From Octopus sinensis (taxonomy: Eukaryota), in NCBI RefSeq assembly GCF_006345805.1, contig NC_042999.1, positions 64,480,001 to 64,544,000 on the forward strand: DNA of 64,000 bases, read 5' to 3'. A program made the position numbers and the translations under genes. Shown here in pieces: positions 42,130 to 55,059 of this stretch. Every line of letters begins with the position of its first letter. Within the stretch, counting starts at the first letter, position 1. Below the pieces are notes generated by a model that searched no databases, was not told the DNA's origin, and saw only the letters and a program-made list of their open reading frames with translations.

Positions 42130-42415
42130 AGTACATACATACATACATACATACATACATACATACATACATACATACGTACATACATACATACATATAT
42201 ACATATCACAATCTTTTGATTTAAATTACATTCGCCGAAATGTCGACACTTTCATCAATTTCCGGCAAATGACTTTTGAATAATTAATAATGAATAATTA
42301 CCAGATAGTTGTATATGAAAGCAATATTAATAATATATGATTGCTTTATATAATAGTAAAAATAATTATAATAACGATGAATAATAATAATAATAATAAT
42401 ATAATAATAATAATA

Positions 42416-42463
<48 letters not shown>

Positions 42464-43133
42464 GTCTAAATATGAATATTATAATAAAATAAATAATAAT
42501 GTTGGAAAAATAGACCGGATATTGTCAAAAAAGTCAAAGAAAGGAAGTATATTCATTCTGATCGAGCAAAAAAAAACCCACTAAAAATAAAGATCTTGAA
42601 ATAGAGGTAACCAGTTTGTGGAAATTGAAAACAGAAGCAATATATATATCCATTCCACTGTGCATGTTGTAAGCATCGTAGGAACTCGCATAACATTTTG
42701 AAAACATGAGGGTAATGTTAATGATTTAATTTATTTGTTACAAGGGTGCAAAACATTGGGGCCAGTAAAAATTCGCCCTACTTCACAAAAAAGAGAAGAA
42801 AGAAATCTTCTCCCTCATAAAAAAAATCGTGTAAAGGGTGACAATAATAAGCCTTTCTGTTTTAGGTACAAGACCTGAAATTATGAAGAAAGGGGCCAGA
42901 CGAAATACCACTAAACATTCTTTCCGGCATGCTAAAGATTCTGCCAGCAACCGCCCTATATGATAGTCTTTCTGAAGGCACAAGACCAACAAGTTTGGGT
43001 TGGGAAGTCGCTTACACCGATCCCAGTACTCAAATGGTTATTATTTTATCTACCCTGAAAGGATTAAAGGCAACGTTAACCCCTGCAGTATTTGTACCTG
43101 TATTGTAAAGAATCTTGTACGTATATTGTAAAT

Positions 43134-43553
43134 AGGCGTAGGAGTGGCCGTGTGGTAAGTAGCTTGCTTACCAGCCACATGGTTCCGGGTTCAATCCCAC
43201 TGCGTGGCACCTTGGGCAAATGTCTTCTACTATAGCCTCGGGCTGACCAAAGCCTTGTGTGTAGATTTGGTAGAAAGAAGCACGTCGTATATATGTATAT
43301 ATGTGTGTGTGTGTGTGTGTGTGCGTTTGTGTGTCTGTATTTGTCCCCCTCCCCCAACATCACTTGGCAACTGATGCTGGTGTTTACGTCCCCGTAACTT
43401 AGCGGTTCGGCAAAAGAGACCGATAGAATAAGTACTAGGCTTACAAAGAATAAGTCCTGGGGTCGATTTGCTCGACTAAAAAAAAAGAAAAAAAGGCGGT
43501 GCTCCAGCATGGCCACAGTCAAATGACTGAAACAAGTAAATGAGTAAAAGAGT
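43134..43553 (+). mobile_element. SINE-A
   Basis: Complete head to gaaacaagtaaa..gagt tail. Confidence 0.85.
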
Positions 43554-43837
43554 CGGAAGATATGTCGCTAAGCACTCTGCCTCAAACACAAACGATTTTA
43601 CAAGCTCGCCGCCATGGTACCAACAATGACGATAATTCTTCCTATTTTTGACACATCGCCAGTAATTTTGTTAGTGGGTGGGTAAGTTGACGACAACGCA
43701 TGCAAAACTTGACTGGCACTTATTTTATCGGCCCTGAAAGGTCTGAAAGACAAAGTTGATCCTGGCGCGATTTGAACTCAGAATGTAAAGAGCCGGAAGA
43801 AATATGCTATACCTTTTGTCCGACACGCTAACAATTC

Positions 43838-44433
43838 CTATTTCGTTATTGCCCTCAAGGAGCTAAACATGGAGAGGACAAACAAGGACAGACAAACGGA
43901 TTAAGTCGATTACCTCGACCCCAGTGCGTAATTGGTACTTAATTTATCGACCCCGAATGATTGAAAGGCAAAGTCGACCTCGGCGGAATTTGAGCTCAGA
44001 ACGTAGCGGCATACGAAATACCTATTTCTTTACTACAAGGGGCTAAATACAGAAGGGACAAGCAAGGCCAGACAAACGGATTAAGTCGATTATATCGACC
44101 CCAGTGCTTAACTGGTACTTATTTAATCGACCCTGAAAAGATGAAAGGCAAAGTCGACCTCGGCGGAATTTGAACTCACAACGTAGCGGCAGACGAAATA
44201 CCTATTTCTTTACTACCCACAAGGGGCTAAACACAGAGGGGACAAACAAGGACAGACAAACGGATTAAGTCGATTACATCGACCCCAGTGCGTAATTGCT
44301 AGATATTTAATCGACCCCGAAAGGATGAAAGGCAAAGTTGACCTCGGTGGAATTTGAACTCAGAACGTAGCGACAGACGAAATACCGCTAAGCATTTCGC
44401 CAGGCGTGCTAACGATTCTGGCAGATCATTGCC
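43838..44433 (-). mobile_element. SINE-B trimer (three X-tail units) joined to an older SINE-B at 43630-43837
   Basis: Junctions at 44015 and 44195 (180-bp period). Full head at 44379-44433. Confidence 0.85.
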
Positions 44434-44465
44434 TTTGCGATATCAATAATAATTCCTTCTACTAG

Positions 44466-44680
44466 GGCGTGAGCTGCTAGACTCGTTAGCACGCCGGGCA
44501 ATAATGCTTAGCAACATTTCGTTCGTTTTCACGTTCTGAGTTCAATTTCTGCCGAGTTCGACTTTGCCTTTTATTTTTTCTGAGTCGATGAAATAAGTAC
44601 TAGTTGGACACTGGTGTCAGTGTAATTGATTTAACCTTTTCCCAAAGTTGCTGGCCTTGTGCCAAAGTTTGAAGCCAATA
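44466..44680 (+). mobile_element. SINE-B monomer, head-to-head with the 43838-44433 array
   Basis: ctcgttagcacgccgggc...gagttcaatttctgccgag...gctggccttgtgcc. Confidence 0.8.
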
Positions 44681-44836
44681 ATAATTCTTTCTACTATAAT
44701 TTGTTTTTTACTAAAGGACTAATAAATAAACTATTTAACAATCGCACAATTCCTAGTCCTTTTCTTTACCCATTAAGTAGTGATAGAAATTTCTGAAAGT
44801 CTACTGACCGATTCTTACACCCGTCTCATGACTGTA

Positions 44837-45175
44837 TTGAGACCCCCTTCGGTCATGACTGACCGTGGGATTGCACCTAGAAAGTTACCCCACCAGGCAT
44901 AAGTCTGGGCAAGGTTGTTTATGGAAGACCAGCAGTCGCCCATGCATACCAGCCTCCCCTCTACATGCCACCAGTGTTATCTAAGGGAAAGGCAAAGGGG
45001 GCGATACAGCTTGGCACCTGTGACGTCGCAACTCATTTCTACAGCTGAGTGAACTGGAACAACGTGAAATAAAGTGTCTTGCTCAAGAATACAACACTCA
45101 GCCTGGTCTGGGATTCGAACTCACAATCTCACGATCGTAAGCTCGACACTCTAACCACTGAGCCATGCACCTTTA
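44837..45175 (-). mobile_element. SINE-C (tRNA head, tgtgtccttgagcaag-type core) with 12-bp TSD
   Basis: Head tggctcagtggttagagtg...gagttcgaatccc. CTCATGACTGTA is duplicated at 44825-44836 and 45176-45187. Related copies at about 26910-27105 (+) and 27650-27897 (-). Confidence 0.85.
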
Positions 45176-45334
45176 CTCATGACTGTAATAGTTTATAAAC
45201 TAATCCTTCCGTTAAAAAAAAAAATTAATTGGCAATCGATAATAGGAAAGTACTGATTGGAACTTCATATCTGCCGCATTCCAAACGATCAATCAAACAT
45301 TAATGTGATTGTGTGTTTTTTCAAGTAAAAATTA

Positions 45335-45903
45335 TATTCTTTTCTACTCTAGGCACAAGACTCGAAATTTTGGAAGAGGTGGGGGAGTCGATTAGAACGA
45401 CCCAGTACGCAACTGGTACTTAATTTTTCGACCTCGAAAGGATGAAAGGCAAAGTCGACCTCGGAGGAATTTGAAACCAGAACGTAAAGACAGACGAAAT
45501 ACCTATTTCTTTACTACCCACAAGGGGACAAACAAGGACAGACAAACAGATTAAGTCGATTATATCGACCCCAGTGCGTAACTGGTACTTAATTTATCGA
45601 CTCCGAAAGGATGAAAGGCAAAGTCGACTTCGGCAGAATTTGAACTCCGAACGTAACGGCAGACGAAATACCTATTTCTTTACTACCCACAAGGGGCTAA
45701 ACACAGAGGGGACAAATAAGGATAGACAAACGGATTAAGTCGATTCCATCGACCCCAGTGCATAACTGGTACTTAATTTATCGACCCCGAAAGGATGAAA
45801 GGCAAAGTCAACCTCGGCGGAATTTGAACTCAGAACGCAACGGCGGACGAAATACCGCTAAGCATTTCGCCCGTCGTGCTAACGTTTCTGCCAGCTTGCC
45901 GCC
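45335..45903 (-). mobile_element. SINE-B trimer
   Basis: Junctions at 45496 and 45665. Full head at 45849-45903. Confidence 0.85.
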
Positions 45904-45914
45904 ATTTTAAAAGA

Positions 45915-46127
45915 AAATCTTTTCTCCTCTACGCACAAGGCCCGCAATTTTTGGGGAGGAGGCTAATCGATTAAATCGACCCCAGTATGCAGCTGGTACT
46001 TAATTTATCGACCCCAAAAGGATGAAAGGCTTAGTCGACCTCGGCGGAAATTCAACCCAGAACGTAGCGGCAGACGAAATACGGCTACGCATTTCGCCTG
46101 GTGTGCTAACGTTTCTGTCAGCTCACC
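45915..46127 (-). mobile_element. SINE-B monomer about 30 nt from the exon 2 donor
   Basis: Head, core and ggccttgtgc tail all present. Confidence 0.8.
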
Positions 46128-46158
46128 CCTTAAATAAAAGTTATATTGTCCATCTTAC

Positions 46159-46249
46159 CGGTATCTTGCTTTCCGTTTTTGCATATCTTGTGAGCGATCT
46201 GGAAGTTTGCGAAAGTCCATTTTCAGGTCATGTTTTAAACAATCTGGAA
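46159..46249 (-). CDS. repo: Repo-like homeobox gene, exon 2 (N-terminal arm of homeodomain)
   Basis: Long polypyrimidine tract tttgtttttgtttttgtgttttag|TTCCAG..., ending CG|gtaag. Encodes (V)PDCLKHDLKMDFRKLPDRSQDMQKRKARY-R. The phase-2 CG plus the first A of exon 3 gives Arg5 of the homeodomain. An alternative in-frame acceptor lies at 46243. Confidence 0.85.
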
Positions 46250-46759
46250 CTAAAACACAAAAACAAAACAAACAAAATTCTTTGAGATTCTTATTTATCT
46301 TAATAAGCACATATAACATAGACATATAACAAGCACACATAGCATACATAACTAAATGAAACCCTAGCATTTTTAACGATGACTATTTCAGTAACTGCCT
46401 CAAATGAACTGCCTACTCACTGAATTACAGTGTGAAACTGGCTGTGTATTCAACAGACAAGAGCAATCCTAATTTATTCCAAGATCGAAACAGTGAAACA
46501 GATGATGTCAAAAGGATGTGCATTCTACCCAATGGGCTTCTGCACATTTTCCGTATTCCTACCTTAACTGTCAAGGCTTAAGTTGATCAAATATGTATTT
46601 ACTCGGATAACACTTTTCGAGATTTATTGTTAACAGATACATACGTAAATAAGAAAAATTCTTTAAGGATAGCTGTATTTAATATTATACATTTTGAAAG
46701 GAATATTCATTCATTCATATTATATATATATATTATATATATATATATATAATATATAT

Positions 46760-47177
46760 AGGCGCAGGAGTGGATGTGTGGTAAGTAGCTTGCTTACCAA
46801 CCACATAGTTCCGGGTTCAGTCCCACTGCGTGGCGCCTTGGGCAAGTGTCTTCTACTATAGCCTCGGACCGACCAAAGCCTTGTGAGTGGTTTTGTAGAC
46901 GGAAACTGAAAGAAGCCCGTCGTATATAGGTGTATATATATGTATGTGTGTGTGTGTGTATGTTTGTGTGTCTCTGTTTGTCCCCCCAACATCGCTTGGC
47001 AACCGAAGCTGGTGTGTGTACGTCCCTGTAAATTAGCGGTTCGGCAAAAGAGACCGATAGAATAAGTACTAGGTTTACAAAGAATAAATCCTGGGATCGA
47101 TTTGCTCGACTAAAGGCGGTGCTCCAGCATGGCCACAGTCAAATGACTGAAACACGTAAAAGAGTAAAAAGAGAGTA
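46760..47177 (+). mobile_element. SINE-A
   Basis: Complete copy. Half copies also at about 13770-13872, 18915-19145, 24731-24900, 25255-25390, 53262-53399, 54097-54235, 58062-58201 and 60284-60494. Confidence 0.85.
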
Positions 47178-47630
47178 TATATTTATAAATTCTTTTATTT
47201 GTTTCAGTCCTTTGGTCATCATAGGTAGAATCGAAAGTTGCATGAGAAGAAGGAAGAATTTTTAGTCACTTGCAGCTGTTTTAAAAATAGATGCGTTGGT
47301 GCAAGTCCCTGCAAACAGTCTGCAACCAGCATTATATTGGCAGTCTCTTCTATCCTCAGAGGGAAAGTGTTCTATAATACACACACACACGTTCTTGTTT
47401 CAGCCATTGGACTGCAGCCATCTTAAGACGTCTCCTTGAAATTTCTAGTTCTACAAATTGACTACATTTATTTGATTGGCGTATATTCAACCAAACCCTT
47501 GCCGATAAGTAAAGGGGACGTAAACATAATAGCACCAGTTGTCAAACGCTGCCGGACCCAGCAGTGAAAACACAACCTTAGGATCACACTCATACATACA
47601 CGCGCGCGCACGCACACACACACACACACA

Positions 47631-47676
<46 letters not shown>

Positions 47677-47915
47677 ACACGTAGGCGCACAAAAACACTA
47701 TCAATCTATCTATCTGTCTGTCTGTCTGACTCATATTGTCATTCAGTGCTCGAAGTGGGGAGTAGATAGACAGTCGACAACTGACGAAGGGTCATTCTTT
47801 ACGTTACTTGTCCTGTATTCCATTTGTATCTTTCGTTGTTTGCGTATTGAACTCATTTGTTTTTGTATTATTTCTGTTTTCTTATTGTTTGGTGATGTCC
47901 TGTACCCATATATGC

Positions 47916-47973
<58 letters not shown>

Positions 47974-48063
47974 TATATATATACATATATGCATGTAATA
48001 TATATATTATTTATATTATTATTTGGTTGAACGCCACGCATCCATTTCCAAGTAAGTTTATCT

Positions 48064-48122
<59 letters not shown>

Positions 48123-48948
48123 CCTACCTACCTACCTACGTATCTGTCTGTCTGTCTATTTTTGTACGTATGTAAGGAAAATACCACAAACGTTAGACAA
48201 GAGAATAAACAATTGAAAAGAATTCAATGATTTTTTAATAGCAGACTGTGTAAGTACTTATTCAAAATTGTCTTACAAGATGAAGTACATGCTCGTCTAT
48301 CAAATTATTTCACCAGATAATGTGAAAATGCTTAAAGATCCAGTAAAAAATATATATATTCAAACGTAATAAAAGAAATCCTAAACAGATAATTTGATAA
48401 AATGAAAAACAACCCACAAATAAATGCAGCAAAACAACAGATATTAAGAAGGTGAGGTGTAGAACATATTTCGAAGAAAAAAGAAAATAATGATAATATG
48501 TGAAGTTATAGAAGGTCAATATAAATGACAGTTACTAGAAATGGTCAAATAGTGAAAAATGAAGCACAACGGGTGGAGGGGGGAAATATCTTAAGGAAAT
48601 AGGAAATAATATAAAATAGATATATTTATGAGTGATTCTTGTTGATACTTACACACATAAACAGACACATATATATGCATATATACATACATAAACACAT
48701 ACATACGTACATACATATATATAGTATATGATATATAATATACGCATATACACACACACACGCACGCACACGCACGTACACGCACACACACATACGTATG
48801 TATGTATGTATGTATGTATGTATGTATGTATGTATGTATGTACGTGGTTGCACATCCATGAACGTAATAATATACACGAATATAAGTATACCCAGAGGTA
48901 TTTTTATTGTGACCTCAAGCTCAATAATTTCTATGTTGTACGTATATT

Positions 48949-48998
<50 letters not shown>

Positions 48999-49075
48999 AA
49001 TGAATGTGCATGTGTGTGTGTGTATGTGTGTGTGAATGTATGCATGTTATATATATATATATAATCAATGTAGAC

Positions 49076-49112
<37 letters not shown>

Positions 49113-49401
49113 TAATAATTATTTGAGAGAGTATTATTCCTAACTTACAGGGAAAACTTCAATTTAGAAATGCTAAATCAAATTTCACAAAATATAATAT
49201 ATATATATAAATTAGAAAAAAAACCCTGTTATCAATTCAAAACGAACAATTAAATTACACCATCTAGAAAATTACATATAATAGAAATATTAAAATTAAA
49301 ATCACATTAATATACCGAAGATTAAGTAAATTGCAAAAAAATAATAAAAACGTATATATTTGGTAGAATAAGGTGTTTTTTCTAATTTATATATATATAT
49401 A

Positions 49402-49913
49402 TCTATATATATAAAACTGTAGTTGTGTGAGTGTCTGTCTCCTACGATTTAGATTCCTAACTCCTCCCACATTTTGCGGTGCAGTTTAACCAAAACCGGG
49501 TATCTTATAGTCGTAATTCATATCGAGCCCGTCTGAGTATTAGCGCGCGTCTACGATGAGTCTACGATTTTAAAAATAATTTAACATAATTTTTTATTCC
49601 ATTTTAATGCATAATTTTTCGTGTGTCGATGGCGGCGGAGTTGGCGTCCATGGTCACACCTGCACCTGTGTTTGCTTCTCCCCCTTCTTCCCTCCCTCGT
49701 GAAGTTGGGGGAAGGGAGTGTAAAGAAATCACGTCGTAATGCGTTGTCAAGGAGACCAGCGTTCTTTTAGAACACGACTTCATGGCTTGAAGACACCAAA
49801 ACAGAAATGGCTAAGAAAGCCCGAATTGGCATCTATAAGGGAAGTAACTCTCTAAAAATGGTTATATAGTTATTTCCCTTACAAACCCGAGCAACGCCGG
49901 GCGATACTGCTAG
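49402..49913 (+). mobile_element. Non-autonomous Helitron
   Basis: A|TCTATATATATAAAA 5' end. Subterminal hairpin CCCGAGCAACGCCGGG, then CTAG|T 3' end. No TSD. Homologous to 50047-50434 and 28032-29059. Confidence 0.85.
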
Positions 49914-49927
49914 TATAATATATATAT

Positions 49928-49963
<36 letters not shown>

Positions 49964-50046
49964 TGTATGTCTACACGCGAACACACACATTCATATGTAT
50001 ACATATATACATACATATATATATATACACATTTTGTGTGTATATA

Positions 50047-50434
50047 TCTATATATAAAACTGTAGTTGTGTGAGTGTCTGTCCCCTTCGAATTAGATTCC
50101 TAACTACTCCCACATTTTGCGGTGCAGTTTAACCAAAACCGGGTATCTTATAGTCATGATTCATATCGAGCCCGTCTGGGTATTAGCGCGCGTCTACGAT
50201 GAGTCTACGATTAAAAAAAAATTACCATCATTTTTTATTCCATTTTAATGCATTTTTCGCTATTATATAAGGGAAGTAACTCTCTAAAAATGTCTACGAT
50301 GAGTCACGATTAAAAAAAAATTACCATCATTTTTTTTATTCCATTGTAATGCATTTTTTTTGCTATAACTCACTAAAAATGCTTATATAGTTATTTCCCT
50401 TACAAACCCGAGCAAGGCCGGGCGATACTGCTAG
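50047..50434 (+). mobile_element. Non-autonomous Helitron, internally deleted/duplicated copy
   Basis: Same TC and CTAG termini and hairpin. The central about 250 bp is missing, and a segment of about 50 bp (tctacgatgagtc..ccatt) is duplicated. Confidence 0.85.
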
Positions 50435-50635
50435 TATACATATAATTAAGAAAACAAATCATACAGGGTAGAGCACTATGAAAGATAACCGTGTAAAATA
50501 GAAAGAAGGAAAGCTCTGAAATAGCCCCAATTTAATTTTGTAGAAGAGAGTAATTATGATAAATTTTTTTTTGTAAATAAGTAACTAGGTCCTAGATGCC
50601 AGACATATGTTTAAATAAATATACATATTGATATG

Positions 50636-50692
<57 letters not shown>

Positions 50693-51483
50693 TATATGTT
50701 TATATATATCAGTATGTATATAAATACATAATTACATGCACACACACGCGCACGCACACACACACATATATACAATAGTACCTCGGCTTTCGAACATCTC
50801 TGATCACGAATAAATCGTGCTTTATATATATCTCTATATAATATATATATATAAACATAGTCACTCAGATGAGCACACACATACACTAGCACGCACTTCT
50901 TTCTCTCATTCATTCTTTCTTCCTTCCTTCCTTGCTTTCTTTCTTTACTTTGATAAAACGTACACCAGAAGCTTCAGTCTGCTTCTTTCCCTCTTTTTAT
51001 CATCTTTTTTTCCTTTTGTTTGTTTACATTTTGTGTATCACATTGCGAATATCTGTCAACCTGTTGTAACCTCTAAAATTGTCCTAATATCCGTCCGTCT
51101 ATTATTCAGCTCGTTCCACTTGTGCTGTTTTACCCTTCGCACTCACACACAGACGCTCTCTCTCACACACACACACACACATAAATACATGCAAATATAC
51201 ATACCTACACACATACACATACCCACACACATATATATATATACGTACACACACACAAATACACCCACAGACACCCACAACCCATATATATATATATATA
51301 TATATACATATATAATGTGTCTGTGTGTATATATGTATATACGTACGTACATACATACATACATGCCCATATCTATATATCTCATTTAATATCTACATAA
51401 ATATATACTGTACATACAAGGCATGCGTACTTTCATATATATATATGTTCATGTATATATATATGTACATCGATATATATTCA

Positions 51484-52159
51484 TATTTAGACGACGCTCT
51501 TGGCGTGTGTATGGCGTTCAAGTCTCACTTCCATACTGTAGAGTGCTAAGTACACATGCCTGGAAAATCTTCATTTTTGTGGTCTTGGTCAGCTTATTGT
51601 TGTCCCATGCCCGTTTGGAGAGTTGGGCCATCACAGCAGCTGCCTTACCAATGCATATATTAAGCTCGGCATCAAGGGATAGATTGTAGGTGACGGTAGA
51701 GCCAAGATAGGTAAACTTCCTGTAGTCTGTGGTCATCCAATATGTATGTTTGAGATGTCCGATGTAGCCTGACCCATGATGTTGGTCTTCTTGAGGTTGG
51801 CAAATAAACCAAAGTCGGATGAAAATCCTTGGCATCAAATGGCAGAATCATGTTCCAAATAAAGATATCTTCAAGCAAGCAGGAATACCAAGCTTGTTTG
51901 CACTCCTCACACAAAGACGTATGAGATGGCTTGGACATTTTAGCCGTATGGAAGATGGCAGAATACCCAAGGACATACTCTATGGAGAGCTTGCTAGGGG
52001 CACTAGGTCTGTGGGAAGACCGTTCTTACGATACAAGGATGTTTGCAGAAGGGACATGAAAGCTTGCGACATCAATATTAGCAACTGGGAAGCAGTTGCC
52101 AGCAACCGTGGAAATTGGCGACGTACCGTAAAAGAGGGAACACAAAGGAGTGACAGAGG

Positions 52160-52241
<82 letters not shown>

Positions 52242-52462
52242 GGAAAGACAAGAAAAGACGTCAACAAGAAACTATGACATTACAACCAGCCAGGCAAAGT
52301 CTTCGCTACATTTGCGGCACCTGCCAGAGGGAGTGTTTGTCCAGGATAGGACTACACGCTACAGCAGGAGATGTATTAGGACATGAAATGTAAAAACCAG
52401 ACTAGATTACTTTATGCGCAACTCCATTGTCTCCCGAGACAAAAAGGATGCCAACACAAACA
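51484..52462 (+). mobile_element. RTE-clade (BovB-like) LINE 3' fragment with inverted 5' segment, 9-bp TSD
   Basis: Plus part encodes KILGIKWQNHVPN...RWLGHFSRMEDGRIPKDILYGEL...GRP and CGTCQRECLSRIGLH, followed by an RTE-like 3' end (ccattgtctcccgagac...ggatgccaaca). Minus part encodes FGLFANLKKTNIM...KFTYLGST...LQYGSET. ATATATTCA is duplicated at 51475-51483 and 52463-52471. Confidence 0.88.
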
Positions 52463-52489
52463 ATATATTCAGATATACACATATACGCA

Positions 52490-52604
<115 letters not shown>

Positions 52605-52899
52605 ATTTATATATATATATACATATATATCTTTATATATATATAATATATTATCTTATATATATATATATATATAAAGATACATATCTGTAAATGTAAT
52701 ATGTAACAATTATTCGGTAGCCATGATAAATTAAAACTCGCGTTTTCGAATGTCGGGGCGGAAACCCACGCCGCTATCTCTTCAGTATCCGGCCATCGGA
52801 AACTTACATTCTTTTGTTGTCTCTTTCATTCTTTCATTCTCTTCTTCTCATTCTTTTGTTGTCTACCCTTTCTTTATATCTAATCTTATATATATCTAG

Positions 52900-52966
<67 letters not shown>

Positions 52967-54475
52967 GTATATATATATATATGTGTCCAGCGGTCACTCG
53001 GCCTCATCACTGATTTCTCATGACACACGCCTGCTTGAAGAAATTCACATTTTGTCGCTTTATTTCGAGACCGAACTGGCTTATTTTTACTATGTCTTTC
53101 TCCATTTCTAAATTAAGGGTAAAAATAAAGAAACCCTGCAAAACACAACTGATTTTACACAGACGCACAGAATAACAGCAATCAAATAACGACAGCAAAT
53201 ACACGTTCGCTTTCCTAAATTTATATTCGGGCTAAGCCCGAGCGGCCCGAGTGCCGGACTCGCAAAATCTACTTACAAGGCTTTGGTCGGCCCGAGGCTA
53301 TAGTAAAAGACACTTGCCCAAGGTGACACGTAGTAGGACTGAACCCGGAAGCATGTGATCGGGAAGCAAGCTACTTTCCACACAGTCATGCCTGCGCCTA
53401 TATATATGCATATAAATTTTTTTATATAAATGTATATATATGCATATGTATGTATGCATGCATGTATGTATGTATGTATGTATGTATGTATGTATGTATG
53501 TATGTATGTATGTATGTATTTATGAATGTATGTATGTATGTATGTATGTATGTATGTATGTATGTATGTATGTTGAATGTATGTATGTATGTCTCTATTT
53601 GTCTATCTATCTATTTAACTGTCTGTTTGTCTGTGTATCTATCTGTTTGTACGTATGCGTGTATTGTTTTGTTAAAGTAATTACCTCTCATTCTTTCACT
53701 GTGCTTCGATGTTATTGTTACCTCTACCAACTCGCATGTGTCAAAGAAAACAAAAGAAAAAGAAACAAAAGAAAAAGACAACACCACTTAAAACAAAGCA
53801 AAAATAACGTGTAAATTCCTCTTCGACTTTCGTTTGTTCCCATTAAAGTGAGACACGTGCAGTCAGGTTCTGAGGGTCACGTTTACATGGGTTCACTTCT
53901 CGCTATTTGACACTCCCGTAACGGTTCATTTAGTGTCCATTTATAATCATCACGTCACACTCTGTGTATTTGAAACACCGGATCTTTTGTCGCTGATTCA
54001 TCCTTTGTATGTGTGTGTGTATGTACGTGTGTGTGTGCGTGCCAATGTGCCTGTGTGTATGCGTGCACGTGTTTATATGTGCCTGTGCGTGTGTTTGTGT
54101 GGCTGTGTGGTTAAGTGGCTCGTTTTGTAGCCAAGGGTGTTCGAGTTCATACTACTGCTCGATACTTTGGGCAAGTGTCATCTACAATACTCTGAGCCAA
54201 CTCATGCCTTGTAGTAGACGGAAACTGTGTGTACTCGGAGTCAATATTTCAACCACCAATCTATCTATCTACCTACTATCTATCTATCTATCTCTCTCTC
54301 TTCTCTCTCTCTCTCTCTATATATCTTATATATATTATATATATATATATATATAGATATATATCCATCAATCCATCTCTCTCTTCTCTTTATCTCTCTC
54401 TCTATAGATATATCCATCCATCCATCCATCCATCTATCTATCTATCAGCTATCTATCTATCTATCTATCTATTCG

Positions 54476-54514
<39 letters not shown>

Positions 54515-54539
54515 ATCTATCTATCAAGAAAATGAGATG

Positions 54540-54866
54540 ACAAAAGAATAAACGATTGTCTTATGAACTTCATTAACTTACACCTATTTTTGCTATAAGA
54601 TGCACTGGACACAGTTGAGTAACACCTTATAGCTTCATCGAAACCTCGAATATATATACTGGAGCTTCTTGCGCGAATACCAAGCCGTACGACATGTCGT
54701 TTCCAAATCTCTGGCAGAGTGAATTGCGTCATGATGCTGTTTTCCTCACAGTCGGTGCCCAACTGACCCTACTATACTGTGTAGTCGACAGAATAATAAA
54801 AAAACAATGCACATGCGCGAATTTTTAAAATATCAAATGACGACAGTTTATCCATCGCACCTTGTG
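54540..54866 (-). mobile_element. 5' fragment of a Tc1/mariner-superfamily (maT-like) element
   Basis: Minus strand begins TA|CACAAGGTGCGATGGATAAACTGTCG (TIR-like) and encodes MTQFTLPEIWKRHVVRLGIRA, resembling a recalled HTH start of cephalopod Tc1/maT transposases. Confidence 0.45.
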
Positions 54867-55012
54867 TATATTTTGTCTGTATACATACATACATACATGC
54901 GGACATACATACATACATGCATACATACATACATACATACATACATACATACATACATACATACATACGTACATACATACATACATGCATACATACATAC
55001 ATACACATACAC

Positions 55013-55059
<47 letters not shown>

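Noticed and set aside
45120-45175. tRNA genes from A/B-box hits in SINE heads
   Set aside because: The heads run into SINE cores, lack a complete acceptor stem, and one has a TSD, so they are tRNA-derived only.
52730-52790. Hammerhead-like CTGAAGA…CGAAA on the minus strand, and gaaacagctgta at 58748-58760
   Set aside because: Stems I and II do not pair convincingly and the cleavage triplet or core is defective. Too degenerate to call.
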